Source of the DNA: Novakomyces olei
Taxonomy: Eukaryota
Assembly (NCBI GenBank): GCA_016906335.1
Contig: JADEYG010000007.1
Coordinates: 1,178,001-1,242,000, forward strand
Length of the DNA: 64,000 nt
Direction of reading: 5' to 3'
Positions within the stretch are counted from its first letter, which is position 1. The number at the start of each line of letters is the position of its first letter. Both the position numbers and the translations under genes were made by a program. Positions 36,617 through 50,371 of this stretch are shown here, piece by piece. Under the pieces are notes generated by a model. It saw nothing but the letters and a program-made list of their open reading frames with translations. It was not told the origin of the DNA and made no database searches.

Positions 36617-36772
36617 AGAATAATTAGAATAATTAGAATAATTAGAATAATTAGAATAATTAGAATAATTAGAATAATTAGAATAATTAGAATAATTAGA
36701 ATAATTAGAATAATAAAATAATAAAATAATAAAAATAAAATAATAACAATAAAATAATAATAATAATAATAA
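36617..36772. repeat. 9-bp (AGAATAATT)n repeat plus AAT-rich tail
   Basis: About 11 perfect copies followed by degenerate AAT repeats. Confidence 0.93.
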
Positions 36773-36823
36773 AATATAACAGCTGCCAATGGTGATAAAA
36801 GCACATGAAAGCGAGCGCTCGTC

Positions 36824-37435
36824 ATGCGCGGTCTGCTGTGTACTGCGGTAGCTTTACAATGTGCAGCGGCTGTGTATGGTAATACGGAAAAGCTGCAGAT
36901 CCAAGTGCCGCGCCTTACAGGCAGCGACTCTGTGGTACTGCCGCCCTTTGACGCGGCACTCTGTGCAGGCTGCTTCCTCGCGGAGGGCGGAGACGCGCTG
37001 AGAATACGTTTGCCACGCGCACATTCTCAGCCGCACCACTTTTGCATATGCGCAAGTTTAGCTTTGGACAAAAGTAAAAGTAAAAGCAAAAGTAAAGGAA
37101 AAAGTGAGAGTGAGAGCTATGAGCTCGTTGTTTCGTCGAGTGCCAATGACGCATTGGACGTGGCACTGTCGCCTGCGCGACTGTACGTTTCAATGTACAA
37201 TCGCTGCTTTGCTCTCGTTGAGGGCCGTGTTACTTGTGCTGCACGCAAAGCAGCAGTAGCAGCAGCAGCTGATGAAGGGCGGGACGCTTTCATACACTTT
37301 GACGCCGTCCTGACTCCACTGCTATACCATTCTGTCCCATACACGATCGTAGGTCTGATCGTGTATCTCGCAGCCGCTGCTCTGCTCACTGGAGCAGGTG
37401 TACACTGTGCACTAGCGAGTCCATGCTTGCCCTGA
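36824..37435 (+). CDS. putative ER membrane protein, Pga1-like (GPI mannosyltransferase II co-factor)
   Basis: Signal peptide followed by GNTEK and a C-terminal TM preceded by LTPLLY..VP. The family assignment is tentative. Confidence 0.5.
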   Translation: MRGLLCTAVALQCAAAVYGNTEKLQIQVPRLTGSDSVVLPPFDAALCAGCFLAEGGDALRIRLPRAHSQPHHFCICASLALDKSKSKSKSKGKSESESYELVVSSSANDALDVALSPARLYVSMYNRCFALVEGRVTCAARKAAVAAAADEGRDAFIHFDAVLTPLLYHSVPYTIVGLIVYLAAAALLTGAGVHCALASPCLP

Positions 37436-37451
37436 CCGGGTGCTGCTCCCG

Positions 37452-37592
37452 TTTGCCTTTGGCTCTTTTGCCTTTGGCTCTTTTGCCTTTGGCTCTTTTG
37501 CCTTTGGCTCTTTTGCCTTTGGCTCTTTTGCCTTTGGCTCTTTTGCCTTTGGCTCTTTTGCCTTTGGCTCTTTTGCCTTTGGCTCTTTTGCC
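37452..37592. repeat. 15-bp minisatellite (TTTGCCTTTGGCTCT)
   Basis: About 9 perfect copies just after the PGA1-like stop codon. Confidence 0.95.
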
Positions 37593-37897
37593 CTGACTCG
37601 GCTGCTTTTAGGCCTTTGGGTTGGCTTTGGTTGCTACCCGGGCTCGGGAGAATGTTTATACTTGCTCTACTGGAATCTACAGTGGCTGCGTCTATTGTAC
37701 ATGCACTTTTGTCTTCAAACCTGTACATTCCGCTTATTTCATGAATGCGTACACTACCGCTCAGTAGTACTGATCGTCTTTGGTCCCGTCGCTTCAACTA
37801 GTCTAAACTACTCTAAACCTTTATTCTTTCCAATTTAGTTTTGCTAATTCCATTAATTACTTTTGACTTCAACGTTTCTGCTACACTATCGAAATAC

Positions 37898-37960
37898 GAG
37901 CCTTAGTGAGCCTGGCCTTAGTGAGCCGGGCCTTAGTGAGCCTGGCCTTAGTGAGCCAGG
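37898..37960. repeat. 14-bp tandem repeat (GCCTTAGTGAGCC(T/G)G)
   Basis: 4 copies. Confidence 0.85.
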
Positions 37961-38428
37961 CGCACTGAGCCGCAAATAGTTTTCGTGCCGTACTCGTATA
38001 GACGAACCCATTAACTTTATAAATGAACTTTGTCATGAACCATCCGAACCTGTTTCAAACATATTCCAGCGTCTGCTCTCTGCAGACTACCATTCTCACA
38101 AACAATATCGACCGTAACCGCAAAGCAAAAACTCCACCCATATCAAAGATTAATCCATTAATTAAAGAAACCCAAATGTGGCCAAAGCGTTTATTCTGGC
38201 CAATACAATCCATTCGTCTCTACGCCCTTCCAAACGAGATCAGTCTCAAACTAAAACAAGATTGAAAAGGCAAGTCTCGTATCAGTCTCCCACAGTTTCT
38301 TTTGCCACTTTTTTTATCCAGTTTCACGGACCTGTACCTCACTCTGGCCTCAAGCTGCGCGCAAACAGGCTACAGCATCACGTACCACTAAAAAGTCCAG
38401 AGAATGCCCAATTATCATTACTCTAACA

Positions 38429-39954
38429 TCACACTTTGGCGATACACGCAAGAATAACCAAGCACAGGATCCCTGCTACAATGATCGATGTCTTTTGCCG
38501 CCTGGACATGGCTACGACTTGGTCATTGTGGCGATGAGCACGCATTCGGTGCAGGTAGATAAAAGTCATGAGCAACGCAGCCACCAGGATTCCGAAACGC
38601 CGCTCACCAGCTCGGTCAAAGACATCGTGTCCGACAACGGGAGACTCTGCAAGCTGCTCGACCGTCTTGTTTGGCACTGGCGGAGTGCCCGAAAGGTTGA
38701 ACACTTTGCCAAGTAATACTTGCAGCGTAAAGATACCCGTCAGGCCGGCCGACATAACAATAAGCCTGTTGGGTGAGATTGGCCGCCATTCCCGTGACCT
38801 TTGCACTGGCAGAGACGTCTTGTGCCTCGTCGACCGGATCTGCGGTCGCGGCCTTGGAGGTAAGGCTCCACCCTTGCTAGAGCGTATAGAGTTTGCATTA
38901 CGAGATGGCGGGTAAATGTGAGGAAGCAGGAGCACGTCCAGGTACGAAAAAGGAGTAGCCGGCGCTGCGGCTGGTGCCCGTGTCGGTGTACAGCTTCCGC
39001 TATACACCGTATCGGACGCCCGTACTTCAGAAGGCTGACCTTTGCCAAGTGTCCGCGGGCTGGAATCGCCACGGCCATAGATGGGCGTAAGTGTGGAGAC
39101 GTCACACTCGCACATACATACGGGACAGAGTGCACATTCGCGCTGGGCGCAAGTTGCCATCCATTCATGCATACATATCCAGCAGAAAAGATGGCCGCAG
39201 TGTGATACTACGGGCTCAGTGGCCGTATCAAAGCTGAACGTTAGTCGCTTATTTAAAGACACGGATTTAACAGAGAAATTTTTAAGGAAAAGATTCAAAA
39301 ACAAGGATTTACAAGGATTTAAAAACAAGGATTTAAACCGACACGGATTTAAACAAACAAATATTGCAGACACGAATTTAAACAGACAAATATTTCAGAA
39401 AATTTCAAAATTTGCCACCAAGTTTCGAAATAAATGGCAGTCGAAATAATAAGAAAATGCCGATTTAATACTGAATGAATACAAAAGTCATACCATATAT
39501 TGCACTCAAACCCGTGCCTTTTTCTTCGTCCGTCAGTGCTGCAGAGCGACGCGGCACTGCTCTCTCGAGATCTGGTTGTGGTAAGAGTGGCGGGTGCAGG
39601 ATGAGTCGAGGGCTGCTGCTGCGGCAGCATCTCTGGCTTCACGGGAGGCCGTCCACCCAGGAAAGCAGTCGGCCTAAAACCCCAGATCTGGCTCAGGTTT
39701 GGTACAGATCTGCGGCCAGCGCCCACGGCACGGCCGATACGGCGCCGTAGAGTGCCGACCGTGCCGACCGTGGCCCGCTGAGGCTGTGCATGCGGCGCTG
39801 ACGGCTGTGGAACGGGATTCTCGGTATAGGAGACGTGGCCCCGTGCGGGCACAGTCTCCATGCAAGTATATAGAGGGCTATTTCGACGGCAAAAGCTCGG
39901 TTTAAAGGGCGCAGACAGAGGTTGGTTGATAGGCGTGTTGGGTGTGCGCAGCAT
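38429..39954 (-). CDS. membrane-anchored RING E3 ligase (RNF5/RNF185-like), 1 intron
   Basis: FECNIC|FDTATEPVVSHCGHLFCWICMHEW, CPVC, PIYGRG, PPRP and C-terminal TM segments. Start is ATG 39954 or 39861. Confidence 0.85.
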
Positions 39955-40925
39955 ATACAGGCACGCTGCTCAATCGCCGCCAAGGATCTGAAATATTTCT
40001 CTTCTGTGTCGTGTGTACGCAGCGCTTTCCACACTCGATCGTGTATTTTATGATTCTAATTATGATGATTATTATTATAATTATTATTTGTTTATTATTT
40101 ATTTCCTATTATTATTATTTATTTCCTATTATTATTTTTACTATTATTCTCGTTTTTACTATTATTATTATTCATTTACTATTATTACTATTCATTTACT
40201 ATTATTACTATCAACTTGCTAATATTCTTGTTATTATGCGAGCGGTATCGGAGATCGGGCTGTCCGAACCGTGTCCGCCGAATCGATCGTCAGGGTTTTC
40301 GCGCCAGAGTCTGATTGCATGCGGCTACTAAATAAAAGGACCATACATAATAATATACGAGGTATGATATCAGTTGTCTGCACGTGAGTAATTAGAGTAT
40401 TACATAACAATCGAAACCATTTCGCAATGCCATTCTGTAATGTCATTTCGATTATTATGTAATAATCTAATTACGGAGTAGCGGTCGGCACACATAACCC
40501 GTTTCGCCGAATCTATGATACCGACGGGAACGAGGCGTTTAGTAGACCCACTGAGCAATAGCACAATCCAGACGGATCGTTTAATAATAGTATAATGATT
40601 TAATAGTGTAAACGATTAAATTGTATAATGATCCTTTGTATAATGATCCTTTGTATAACGATTTAATTGTATAATAATTTAATTGCATGAAGATTTAATT
40701 GTATACTGCTTTAGAATCATGTTATTTGACATGGGACTTTTAAACGAGTCTCACTCCACGACAATGAATCGTTTGCGTATATTACCGTTTGTATAGTACC
40801 GTTTGTATAGTACCGTTTGTATAGCACCGTTTAATTACATCAGCGAAAAGTGCAAATAAATCAGGGTATGGCTGGATACAGAGCGGCAGACAATTGCTGA
40901 TCCACAAATCCAATTCACGTGAATT

Positions 40926-43900
40926 CTATAGCTCGACCTTTCTAATAAAAGGTTTTTGCAGAGCGCGGTAGTCCATTTTCCGAAGGCGCAGGAAAGCATA
41001 CGCCAACAGCCTGTATACAACGGTCGCCACTGCCAAACCGACAAGGTACTTGTTACGTGGGATGTTTAAACGATAAGCCTCAAGAGCCTCTCTCCCAGAC
41101 GTAATGGGACACACTCCATTGGAAAGCCGCTGTGCTGGCGTGCAGTGGAAATGCTCATCGCGCATTTGCGTCACTGTTATCGCACCGACCCCGTATTTGA
41201 ACGGTGAGATATAGTTGATACCGTTCAAGAAGCCTGGCATATGGGTCGACATGACTCCCGCCATTGTCGTACCAAGCGAGAGAATCTTTAGTTAGCAGAC
41301 ACGATAAAAGAAAGAGGATGATTTACAGATATATAAATCTTTTTTAATAAAAAATTACATACCACTGAAGTCAGAATCACCGCCAGTCCCTGGTGACCAA
41401 ATATACAGTTAAAAGCAATGCCGATCGATTCGCCGCAGTTGACAAAGCAGAAAACGACAAACATGACAATGAAAAACATCTCAGCCGTTCGTGGCATGCC
41501 CGCCACAAGCACTGTGAAAATAGCAAAAATAATACCATTAAACAGATCAAAAGGTGCCTCTATAATAGTGTAGGTTAATATGAATGATTCCAGCGCGTAA
41601 GCCCCATCATCGTATTCACGATAGAATACATCCCTCTCTGCCGGGTAAACTCCAATATTATTCAGCATGCCAATAAACAAAACAGCAGTAAATTCTTGCG
41701 CCAGTCCGATACGTGTTTGTACGTAATAATAGTTGTTTCGCAGAGGAGAGAAAAATAACGCACAAATAATAGCAAAAGAAAGGCCCTGGCCAATGCGCGA
41801 GATTAAAAGTAAAGGCTGTCTTCGAAAATTCAGCGTACTTCTCCGCAAAAGAACGGGAAGAGACTGAGCAACAGTTTTTCGTTCACCTTTAAACGTCATT
41901 GTCACAGAAGCGGCCAAAGCAGCACGATTATCCTCATCGATTTTTGTTAGCAGCTTTTGATTACTGGCAGAAAAGGCCTCTATTAATGCAGTGACCCGTT
42001 TTCGGGTCGCTGCTTCCCGATCAGCCCGCTGGATATCGACAGAGCAAAGGTCCATAACAAAATCAGTAGGATTCGTCATCCGTGGACACTCGTACCCACA
42101 CTGCGCAAAATGTGCCAGCATTCCACTTGCCGGGCCAGAATATACGGTGTACCCACCTTTAGCCAGTAGCAGAACCCGATCAAACATGCTGTACAGGTCG
42201 GAACGGCTTTGGTGGATAGTGCATATTATTGTACGCCCTTGACGGGCCAATGAATACAGAAAACTCATCAATGTTTGAGCCAGGTTAGCATCTAGACCGG
42301 AAGTAGGCTCGTCCAGCAGAAGCACTCTTGGCTCCGTCAATATCTGGATGGCAATACTGACCCGACGTCTTTCTCCCCCAGAAATTCCCTTTATAAATTC
42401 ACTGCCAATAAGGGTATCGGCACAGTCCTTAAGCCCAAGTTTGAGTATTACCTCCTCTGCCCGCATTCGTTTTTCCGCAATAGAATGCCGTTTTGGTAGA
42501 CGTAACTCCGCTGCAAAGTAAAGTGTTTCCCGCACTGTTAAACTCGGGAGCAATGTGCTTTCGTCCTGTGTAACAAAGGATGTAAATTGCTTTATTTTAG
42601 CCATGTCTTTGACCAAGCAGCCATTGTACAGCACTTCGCCACTCGTCGTGTATTTTGTACTCAGCGAATTGTGCAATCTTCCACATAGTGAACTGAGCAG
42701 GGAGCTCTTGCCACTGCCTGATGGACCGAGGATGACATTGACTTTGGCCGCTTCAAACTCTGCATAAACTCCTTTAAGTATAGACAGATCTCTAGGCCCT
42801 TTTAATCGCAGCGGCTTCTTTATATCCAACCGGTAGTCACTAACAGTCATACCGATCTGATCCTTAGGCTGAACTTGCAGTTGACTGTCGGGGTTATCAA
42901 CAGCTTTGCCTGCCGTTTCTGACTGACTAAAATTGCCTGTTTTCTTGCTCGCAGCTCCTACCGTGACCTTGTAGTACCTCAGTAACAGAGCACAGACGAG
43001 CGTATAGGCCACAAAAAAGCCCACTATGCCGATAGCCGGCCGCATAAGGTAAGACTCTGTAAATCCAAGCGTTGAGAGGATATAGCGACCAGTATAAGCC
43101 TCGCAGCGAGGATCCATTTCGTCATTGTATGGGCAATCAAAGAAATTGCCGGTATACTCTGAAGCCAGTTAGTTTGAATTTTAAAAAATGGTTTCTTTTT
43201 TGGATGTTTTATTCTTATTTCCGATGCATACCATTTGAACACATGCCGGCAAATCCATAATAGATGTATGAAATCCATTTGATCCATCGCAGATATACAG
43301 GTATCACCTCTGACTGAATAAAATAGCCACAAGAAAGAGATACAAAAGTCACAAAAGAGTTGCCAATGAGCGAAGCAGTTGCAAAATTTCTGGAAGCAGC
43401 TACCGACATTAGGGCTAGAGCAGCCGATACCATATGAGTCAAGAATACAAACATAAAAAACACGAAGAAATGTGCAGCTCCATCCGTGCGCAAATGTACC
43501 ATAAAATAGAAAATCACGGAAAATATGAATGGTACAATAACGTCCTCAGTTATGAGATGACTGGCTCGGTAACCTATCAAAAACGGCAATACCCCATACA
43601 TACCATCGTTACGCTCTCGATCAAAGACTGCAATTTCAAACGAAGTAATTTTGTACAGGGAATAAATAAGAATGATATAGTTCTGTAGCCCCAATGCTGA
43701 ATACAAAGCACCAGTTATAGTCCTTATACCCGACTGAGAACCACTGGGATTGTAAAAAATCCAGCCAGCCACGACAGACATGATGACAGCTTCCACAATT
43801 GTTCCAAACAGACTGAACGGATCACGTACTGCCGTTAAACAACCCCGGCAGGTCAAGGTCCAGGAAGCTCGCACCCATGAAACGCTGCTTTTCTTTAATA

Positions 43901-45051
43901 GAGCATTTTCACTGGTAGCAGAAGACAAACGAACAATTTCTAAATGCACAGGGTTAGCTGGATGCTCACGCCAAGCATTTATTAGCTTTTCTACACGAGC
44001 CCGGGTGTTTGCTTCCTTGTCGGGGTCTCTAAGATCAATTGCAGAAACATCGATAAGATGATCGGCCGGGTTACAAAGCGCAGGAAAGGGGAACCCGAGC
44101 GCTTCAAAATGTGAAATTGCCAAAGCAGGCGGGCCAGAAAAAACAACTTGGCCCCTTGAAAGAACGGTGATAGCATCAAAAAGAAAGAAAATATCACTTC
44201 GTGGCTGATGAATGGTAGTAATAATTGTGCGTCCTCGCCGAGCCAATTTTTTAATCGTCAAAATGATCTGATGGGCAGTAAAAGAATCAAGCCCGGTCGT
44301 GACCTCGTCGAGAAATAATACACTCGGGTTGGCGAGCAACTGCACCCCAATTGATACACGGCGCTTCTCTCCGCCAGAGCAGCCTGGCGCAATAGGGCTG
44401 CCTACCATAGTATCTGCACAGTCTTTAAGCGAAAGCTCACGGATGACTTCTTCCACTAGCTGCCTGCGCGCTTTGCGACTCAGATCTAATCGCAAGTCCG
44501 CACTATACTGCAGCGTTTCCCGAACCGTTAACGACTGAAGTAAAATGTCTTGCTGTATAACATATGCATAAGAAACGTCTTTTGATAATGGAGCACCATT
44601 GAAAAAAATGTCGCCAGTGGTAGAGCAATTGTTGCTTTGCACTCGATCCGCCATAACATTAAGGAGAGAAGTCTAACGTTAGAATTTGCAATGATAGCAC
44701 TTTAGCAGCAAACGCAAGAAATCAAAATAAAAACAGGACTATGAATATGGCAGCTATAAACCACCATTATCGTACCTTTCCCGACCCACTACCGCCCATG
44801 ATGGCCATCACTTTGCCTGGCTCAGCGTACAGGCTGATTTGGTCTAGAATAGTCGTAGATGACTGCTTTCCTTGAATATGGAAAAGACGAGCAATGGGAT
44901 TCACTGTGTCAATGAAAAGTGTAAAATTACGGACCTGCACATGTACCGGTGCAACTTGCGCAAAAGATGCCAGAGTCTGCTCCTCCATTTCCTCCTCGTC
45001 CAATTCGTCCCACCGACGCAGCTCCATAACTTTGCCCTGAGCTGCCTCCAT
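40926..45051 (-). CDS. full-size ABCG transporter (NBD-TMD)2, YOL075C-like, 3 introns
   Basis: GGSGSGKT, CSGGEKRRVS, LFLDEVTTGLD; second NBD GPSGSGKSS, ISGGERRRVS, LLLDEPTSGLD; two TMDs. Confidence 0.93.
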
Positions 45052-45547
45052 TCCGATGCTGTACAGCTTGCTCTGTGCTCGTGTAGCACGGCCTCTGTGA
45101 GGGCCTCAAGCTGCTCCCTTCCTACTCAATCTCTCTACAATTTTCCCCACATGACGGCGGTCCGATTTATGAGCCGAATTATCGCCAGTTGCGTGCAAGT
45201 TTTCAGGAATAATAAGCAAATAAATTCGTATTAGGATTAAAGTTCAGATCGGAGAGTTTTGTTATCGCATGTGGCAACCTATTATTTTAATGTTAGATTA
45301 CTAGCACTTTTTAAGATTGCGCTTACTACTTTATTGTAAAGTCTCGTACTTCCAAATGTTGCTGTCCATGAATGCTCGTATTACTGGTTGCAAAAGAAAC
45401 ATTTTCGATAGATTGATAGCGTACGCAGACAGTACGCACGAGTGGGTAATACATGGAAACTATCCAAAATTATATGGCAAATAAATATACACAAATCTGT
45501 CGCTCGATCAGCCGTAGTATTGAATCGTTGTTTAGTACAATCCGTTC

Positions 45548-46053
45548 CTAGACTCCGTCAGCGGCGGAATCATCGTCTTCGTGTGGTCGTTTTGTGCCCT
45601 GCGTTGCTACACTTGGTGGAGCATCAGGTAAGGGTATACGAAAAGTGCCATCGAGCATCGCAATAGTGTTACTCTTAGTTTTTGCATAGTCAATGACCTG
45701 TAAATCAGTACGATTGAAATGGATCAATTCAGCACAAGAATAGAGATTACCATCGCCTTTCCAAGAAATAAAAAGCCCTGTAATCGACGTAATGCAGCCG
45801 AAGCAGCAGAGGCATCGGCGAAAACAATAAAAGCCTGGCCACGCATCCGTGGTGTTTTAAGCGCAACGATATCTAAGATAACACCATGCAATGAGAAGAG
45901 CATATACAGAGACACTCTTAAATCTAAAGCATTGTCAGTCACTTGCGACAGTCCAGAGTGCCGTTTACCATCTTTGTTAATCTTGTCATTCAAATTCTTC
46001 ACGTATAGCGTCTGATTTGCCGCAAGAGCGCTCGATACTGGTGTCGCTGGCAT
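45548..46053 (-). CDS. MSL1: U2 snRNP B''/U1A-family single-RRM protein, 2 introns
   Basis: NQTLYVKNLNDKINKD|DLRVSLYMLFS..DIVALKTPRMRGQAFIVF..GKAM|VIDYAKTKS; short single-RRM form. Confidence 0.8.
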
Positions 46054-46610
46054 CAGAGGCAGATATTATAGTAATTGCGGCGGCTATTGCCGCTGCAGAT
46101 TCTGCTCCAAGCACTTGTCACGCTGCTTTTAGTTGGCAAAGTCGTATAACGCCAAAATGAAGATTCTGTATAACTGCACTGGGAACTAGAATTATCGCAC
46201 AATATTTTATTATTATATTCACTAACCCTGACACTGCTTCAAGCTTCAATATTTAAACGATATAACAAAATAGATTTAACAATATATAGGCACTAGTTTC
46301 TCTGGACTCCTGCTGCACTTTTTGCTCCCATGTCAAATAACATAACTTGAGTTTTAATCCCTTATACGGCACGAAGGCTCATACTATAATTTTTGTACAT
46401 GCATATTTTATGTACTGGGGATATATATATAATTAATGTCGAATAAACGAACGTGTTAAAGCGTGCGTGAACTCCTGCGCAAGATCTAATCTCAGTAACT
46501 CGCGCGCCGACTTTGTGGAGCAGCGAGATTAGCCGTCTAAAGACGCGTTAGACTGCCTCATCTGTACCCGACTTGGATCAAGCTTGTCTGCCGCGATCTA
46601 ATCAGCTCTA

Positions 46611-47213
46611 ATGGAGGAAGACGCGCCTTCGTTTCAAAACCGAGTAGAGGACTATGCAAAGCAATACACGCAGCTGTACCAGGTCTACCTTGACAAATCA
46701 GTACCCTACACTCTCTACCGTTGGTCTGCTTTTGCAGTGCTATTACTTCTTTTCCTCTTACGCATAGTGGTGGGTCAAGGCTACTACATTGGTAATACGC
46801 GATTTGCTGTTTTCACCACTAACCATAAAGTATGCTATACGCTTGCAATATACCTGCTTTCCCTCTTTCTTGCCTTTATTTCCCCCAAGTTTGATCCCGC
46901 TTTTGAACAGGAAGAACAAGCAAAGACACAAGAAGAGGGCGGTCTTCCTACTGCTGCGGACGACGAATTTCGGCCTTTTATCCGCCGGCTTCCAGAATTT
47001 AAGTTTTGGCACGCCGCAACACGCGCTACTATTTTTGCGCTTACGGCCTCTGTCATTCCCATTTTTGACATACCCGTGTTTTGGCCTATCCTTGTAGTCT
47101 ATTTCGTTGTGCTGACCTTCCTCACTATGCGTCGGCAAATTGCGCACATGATGAAGTACCGTTACGTGCCGTTTGACTTTGGAAAAAAACGGTTCACTAG
47201 CTCCTCTTCGTAG
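46611..47213 (+). CDS. RER1: Golgi-to-ER retrieval receptor, 1 intron
   Basis: YLDKSVPY, PKFDP, EFRPFIRRLPEFKFW, FDIPVFWPIL and QIAHMMKYRYVPF. Confidence 0.96.
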   Translation: MEEDAPSFQNRVEDYAKQYTQLYQVYLDKSVPYTLYRWSAFAVLLLLFLLRIVVGQGYYIGNTRFAVFTTNHKVCYTLAIYLLSLFLAFISPKFDPAFEQEEQAKTQEEGGLPTAADDEFRPFIRRLPEFKFWHAATRATIFALTASVIPIFDIPVFWPILVVYFVVLTFLTMRRQIAHMMKYRYVPFDFGKKRFTSSSS

Positions 47214-47513
47214 TGCTACTCTCAGAATACTGTTCGTAATACAAACAGGCATCTACCACTCTCTCGCGATGAGAGTCGTGCTTAAAATAGAGCTGTGGAA
47301 TATATTTCAAATATTCTGCAATATTAATATAATCTCGAGAATAATTAAAATTGCGACCCGAGTATGTGATATATTTTAATTACAAGTTTAAACAGATTGG
47401 CCTGTCAGCACCGATAGTGTAGAGATAAATGACAAATTTATCAAAATTAATTATATTTGTTTTTTTTTTTTTTTTAAATAATTTATTGTTCTTAGGCTTG
47501 CGATCGCAGATAT

Positions 47514-50288
47514 ATGCCGTCTGTAGAGCTCATCATTGAGCTGACCGCACAATGCCGTGCTAGTGGAACCGCTTTGTCACGGTCTGATCTGGACGGCTTA
47601 ATATCAGCATTCTATCGTACTCCTCCTGATACCTTAATTGACAAGGAGGGAAGGTAAAGCAGGAAACAAATCAACTAATATAAATCGCATCTAATTAAAG
47701 ACACGCCTTGTTCTACTTTTTCGACTATTCCTTTGCACTCGTTCAGGACACTTCTCTCACTGTAGACTTGCAATGCGCCAGTGTCGATGTGCTCGGGCAA
47801 TTTATTCAGCGCGTTACCAAGATCGTACAGGTCCAGCCTGAGCCGTTAGCGAATGAGATACGCAAGCCTTTAGAAGACAAATGGTTTTTCGAAAAGATAT
47901 TCGGTATTTTAATCCAAAAGTCAGAGCTGTCTGGCCCTAAAGTACAGCCTACGGTTCAGCTCCTGATGCAAAGATTCTTGAGCCTTATCTCTGCCCTGTA
48001 TACGCATGAGCAATGTCAAGACCTGCTCAACCAGTTTTGTTGCACTTACCTCACAGACATGCGGCAGGTTTCAAGGTTTTCAATCTTTTGTCTACAATTA
48101 TTGACACGGACGTATGGTGCTTTGTTTATTCTTGAGCGATGTAAAAGTTCAGAGAACTTTATTTTAGACGGAGTACGGTTGCTAAGGGATAATCATCTGG
48201 GTAATGCTTGGTCCACAATGATCATTCAGCTACTACAAAATTACAGTAAACATTTGCTTGAAACGAATGATGAAGAAAGGGCGGCAGATATTATTTATTC
48301 TATTTTTGGTAAAACCTTCTTGCACGTCATTATGTCGAACGACGATAATAGCGAAAGGCTTTTGTTTGCACATGTGCTACCCGGAATGATATCAGCAGCC
48401 CCCAAAATGTTCATTCGGTTCCAAAATGATTTGAGGCTTTATACCTCTGAAAGCAACAGCCGTTCAGCTCTTCTCAGCCAGATCAATCTTTTGCGCGTCG
48501 CGAAGGAGAAGGAAATATTCAAGGAATTGGGTTAGTTTCGTGGTTGTTTTCATTCAAAATGCCAATATGCTAATGTTAAGACGATCCGTATTTAAACACA
48601 CTCGGCTTTAATACTCAGCAAATCTATTCGTTTTTGTCGAAACGAGACATCGGTATTCGGGTGCTGGCTCTCCGCCTTATTGTGGTCTGCAGGTCAAAAA
48701 TTCTTCCTATTCCGGCGATATCTCTTGCGGCAATAATTGACAATTTTGAGTTCTTTTTTGGTGCTGAAGAACCACACGATAGACAGGAAATTATAAGTAT
48801 TTTTGGCAGCCTTGTCCTCCGGCTCAAAGCCTCGTGCCATCATGCCTTGAAGCAAGCGGAAAATGCCAAAAAGGTTCAATCTAAAGGCAAATTGTCGCAG
48901 TACGATGCGAGTTTACGTGTGGCAACGGCTGAAAGAATCGTAGATCAGGCACATAATTTTATGAATAGCTTGAAAGCCTTTGTACAAAAGCGATTGACTT
49001 CGTGCTCGAATTATTTTCAATTAATAACGGCAATGAAGCTTTACACCATTGTCCTGCAGCCTGATTATGGCGCAAACAAAAGCGAGGTATCTAACTTCCC
49101 ATTCTCTTGGCCCGCGATTGAAACCCAATCCGCATTACTGCTTATTGAACGGCTATCAGATCGCTTTGAGGACATAAGAAACTCGGCCTACTTGTGTCTG
49201 GCTAAGAATATAACCCTGTACTCTTTTGATCTTTGCCAATTCTCCAGACGAGCTACCCAGCTCTCTCTTTCAGCAAGGGCTAATGTAGCTGATGGAGGAG
49301 CACGAATGCTCAGTCTGGCTTATTTGGCAATGGGCGCGTGGACCTCTCGAGTCTCCGAGGTAAATTCACAACACCAGTTTATTTTTGAGATTATTGCAGA
49401 AATTCGCAAAGATCTCGATACCGCAAGACCCACAGGCATTACGAAAACCACGCTATTGCGACCATTGCACGGACGTCTACTTGCTCTCAACTATATTTTC
49501 CGAGATTTTCAGTTTCATAAAGATGTCCCTGACGAAAAAAAAGTGACAATTTTATTGCTTAATGCAATTCTTGATTTAGTTGAAAGAGTCTGGGCTCTAA
49601 CAAGACCGACGCTTTGCGAAGATGCGCCTGAAGGTTTCGTTCCGGAGGAGATGAATACAATGGAAGACGATGATGAAGTAGAGCTTAATGTATCGCAAGA
49701 GCTTTCAAGCTTTGCTTGGCGCTCTTTAAAAGAAGCAAGCTCTCTTCTCGGTGTTATTGTTGAACGTGCACGGTACAACGAGGCGGACGGTATTAATATG
49801 GAGTACGTAAATGAAGCGGGACAGCTCTTTCACCAATGGCTGCTGGAAATCAGACACCGTGGAGCATTTAGTGCAGTTTTTCCTTCGTTTGTAAAGTTTG
49901 TCGATACTTTATTTCGCCAACCCTTATACGCAAGTCTTCCTATTGCCTGGTTGGACTCGGACTTGGAGCAGATACGAAAATTATCAAACAAAATTACACG
50001 AAGAAGTGCCGGTCTTCCCATGTGCATTGTCTCCATTTTGGCAGGTGATCAGGATCCGGATAGTCGTATTTTGCACGGCACTGTACTCAAGCTGATTGCG
50101 ATAGCAAGAGAGCCTGTGAAGCGGTTTCAAGAAATGGGCAAGGTTGATCTCCCTCAAGTACACGCCATAAATTGTTTAAAGGAGATTTTTGTTGAGGGCA
50201 AGCTTGCGTCGGCTAGTAGTCTGCTTATAGACGATGCGTTTGTTCTTTGCGTGCAAATGTTTTCAAATGAAATGTAAAATTTAACTCT

Positions 50289-50371
<83 letters not shown>

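Noticed and set aside
37117..37838. ORFs with (QKSQR)n and (FAFGS)n repeats
   Set aside because: Open only because the 15-bp unit has no stop; they overlap or follow the PGA1-like gene.
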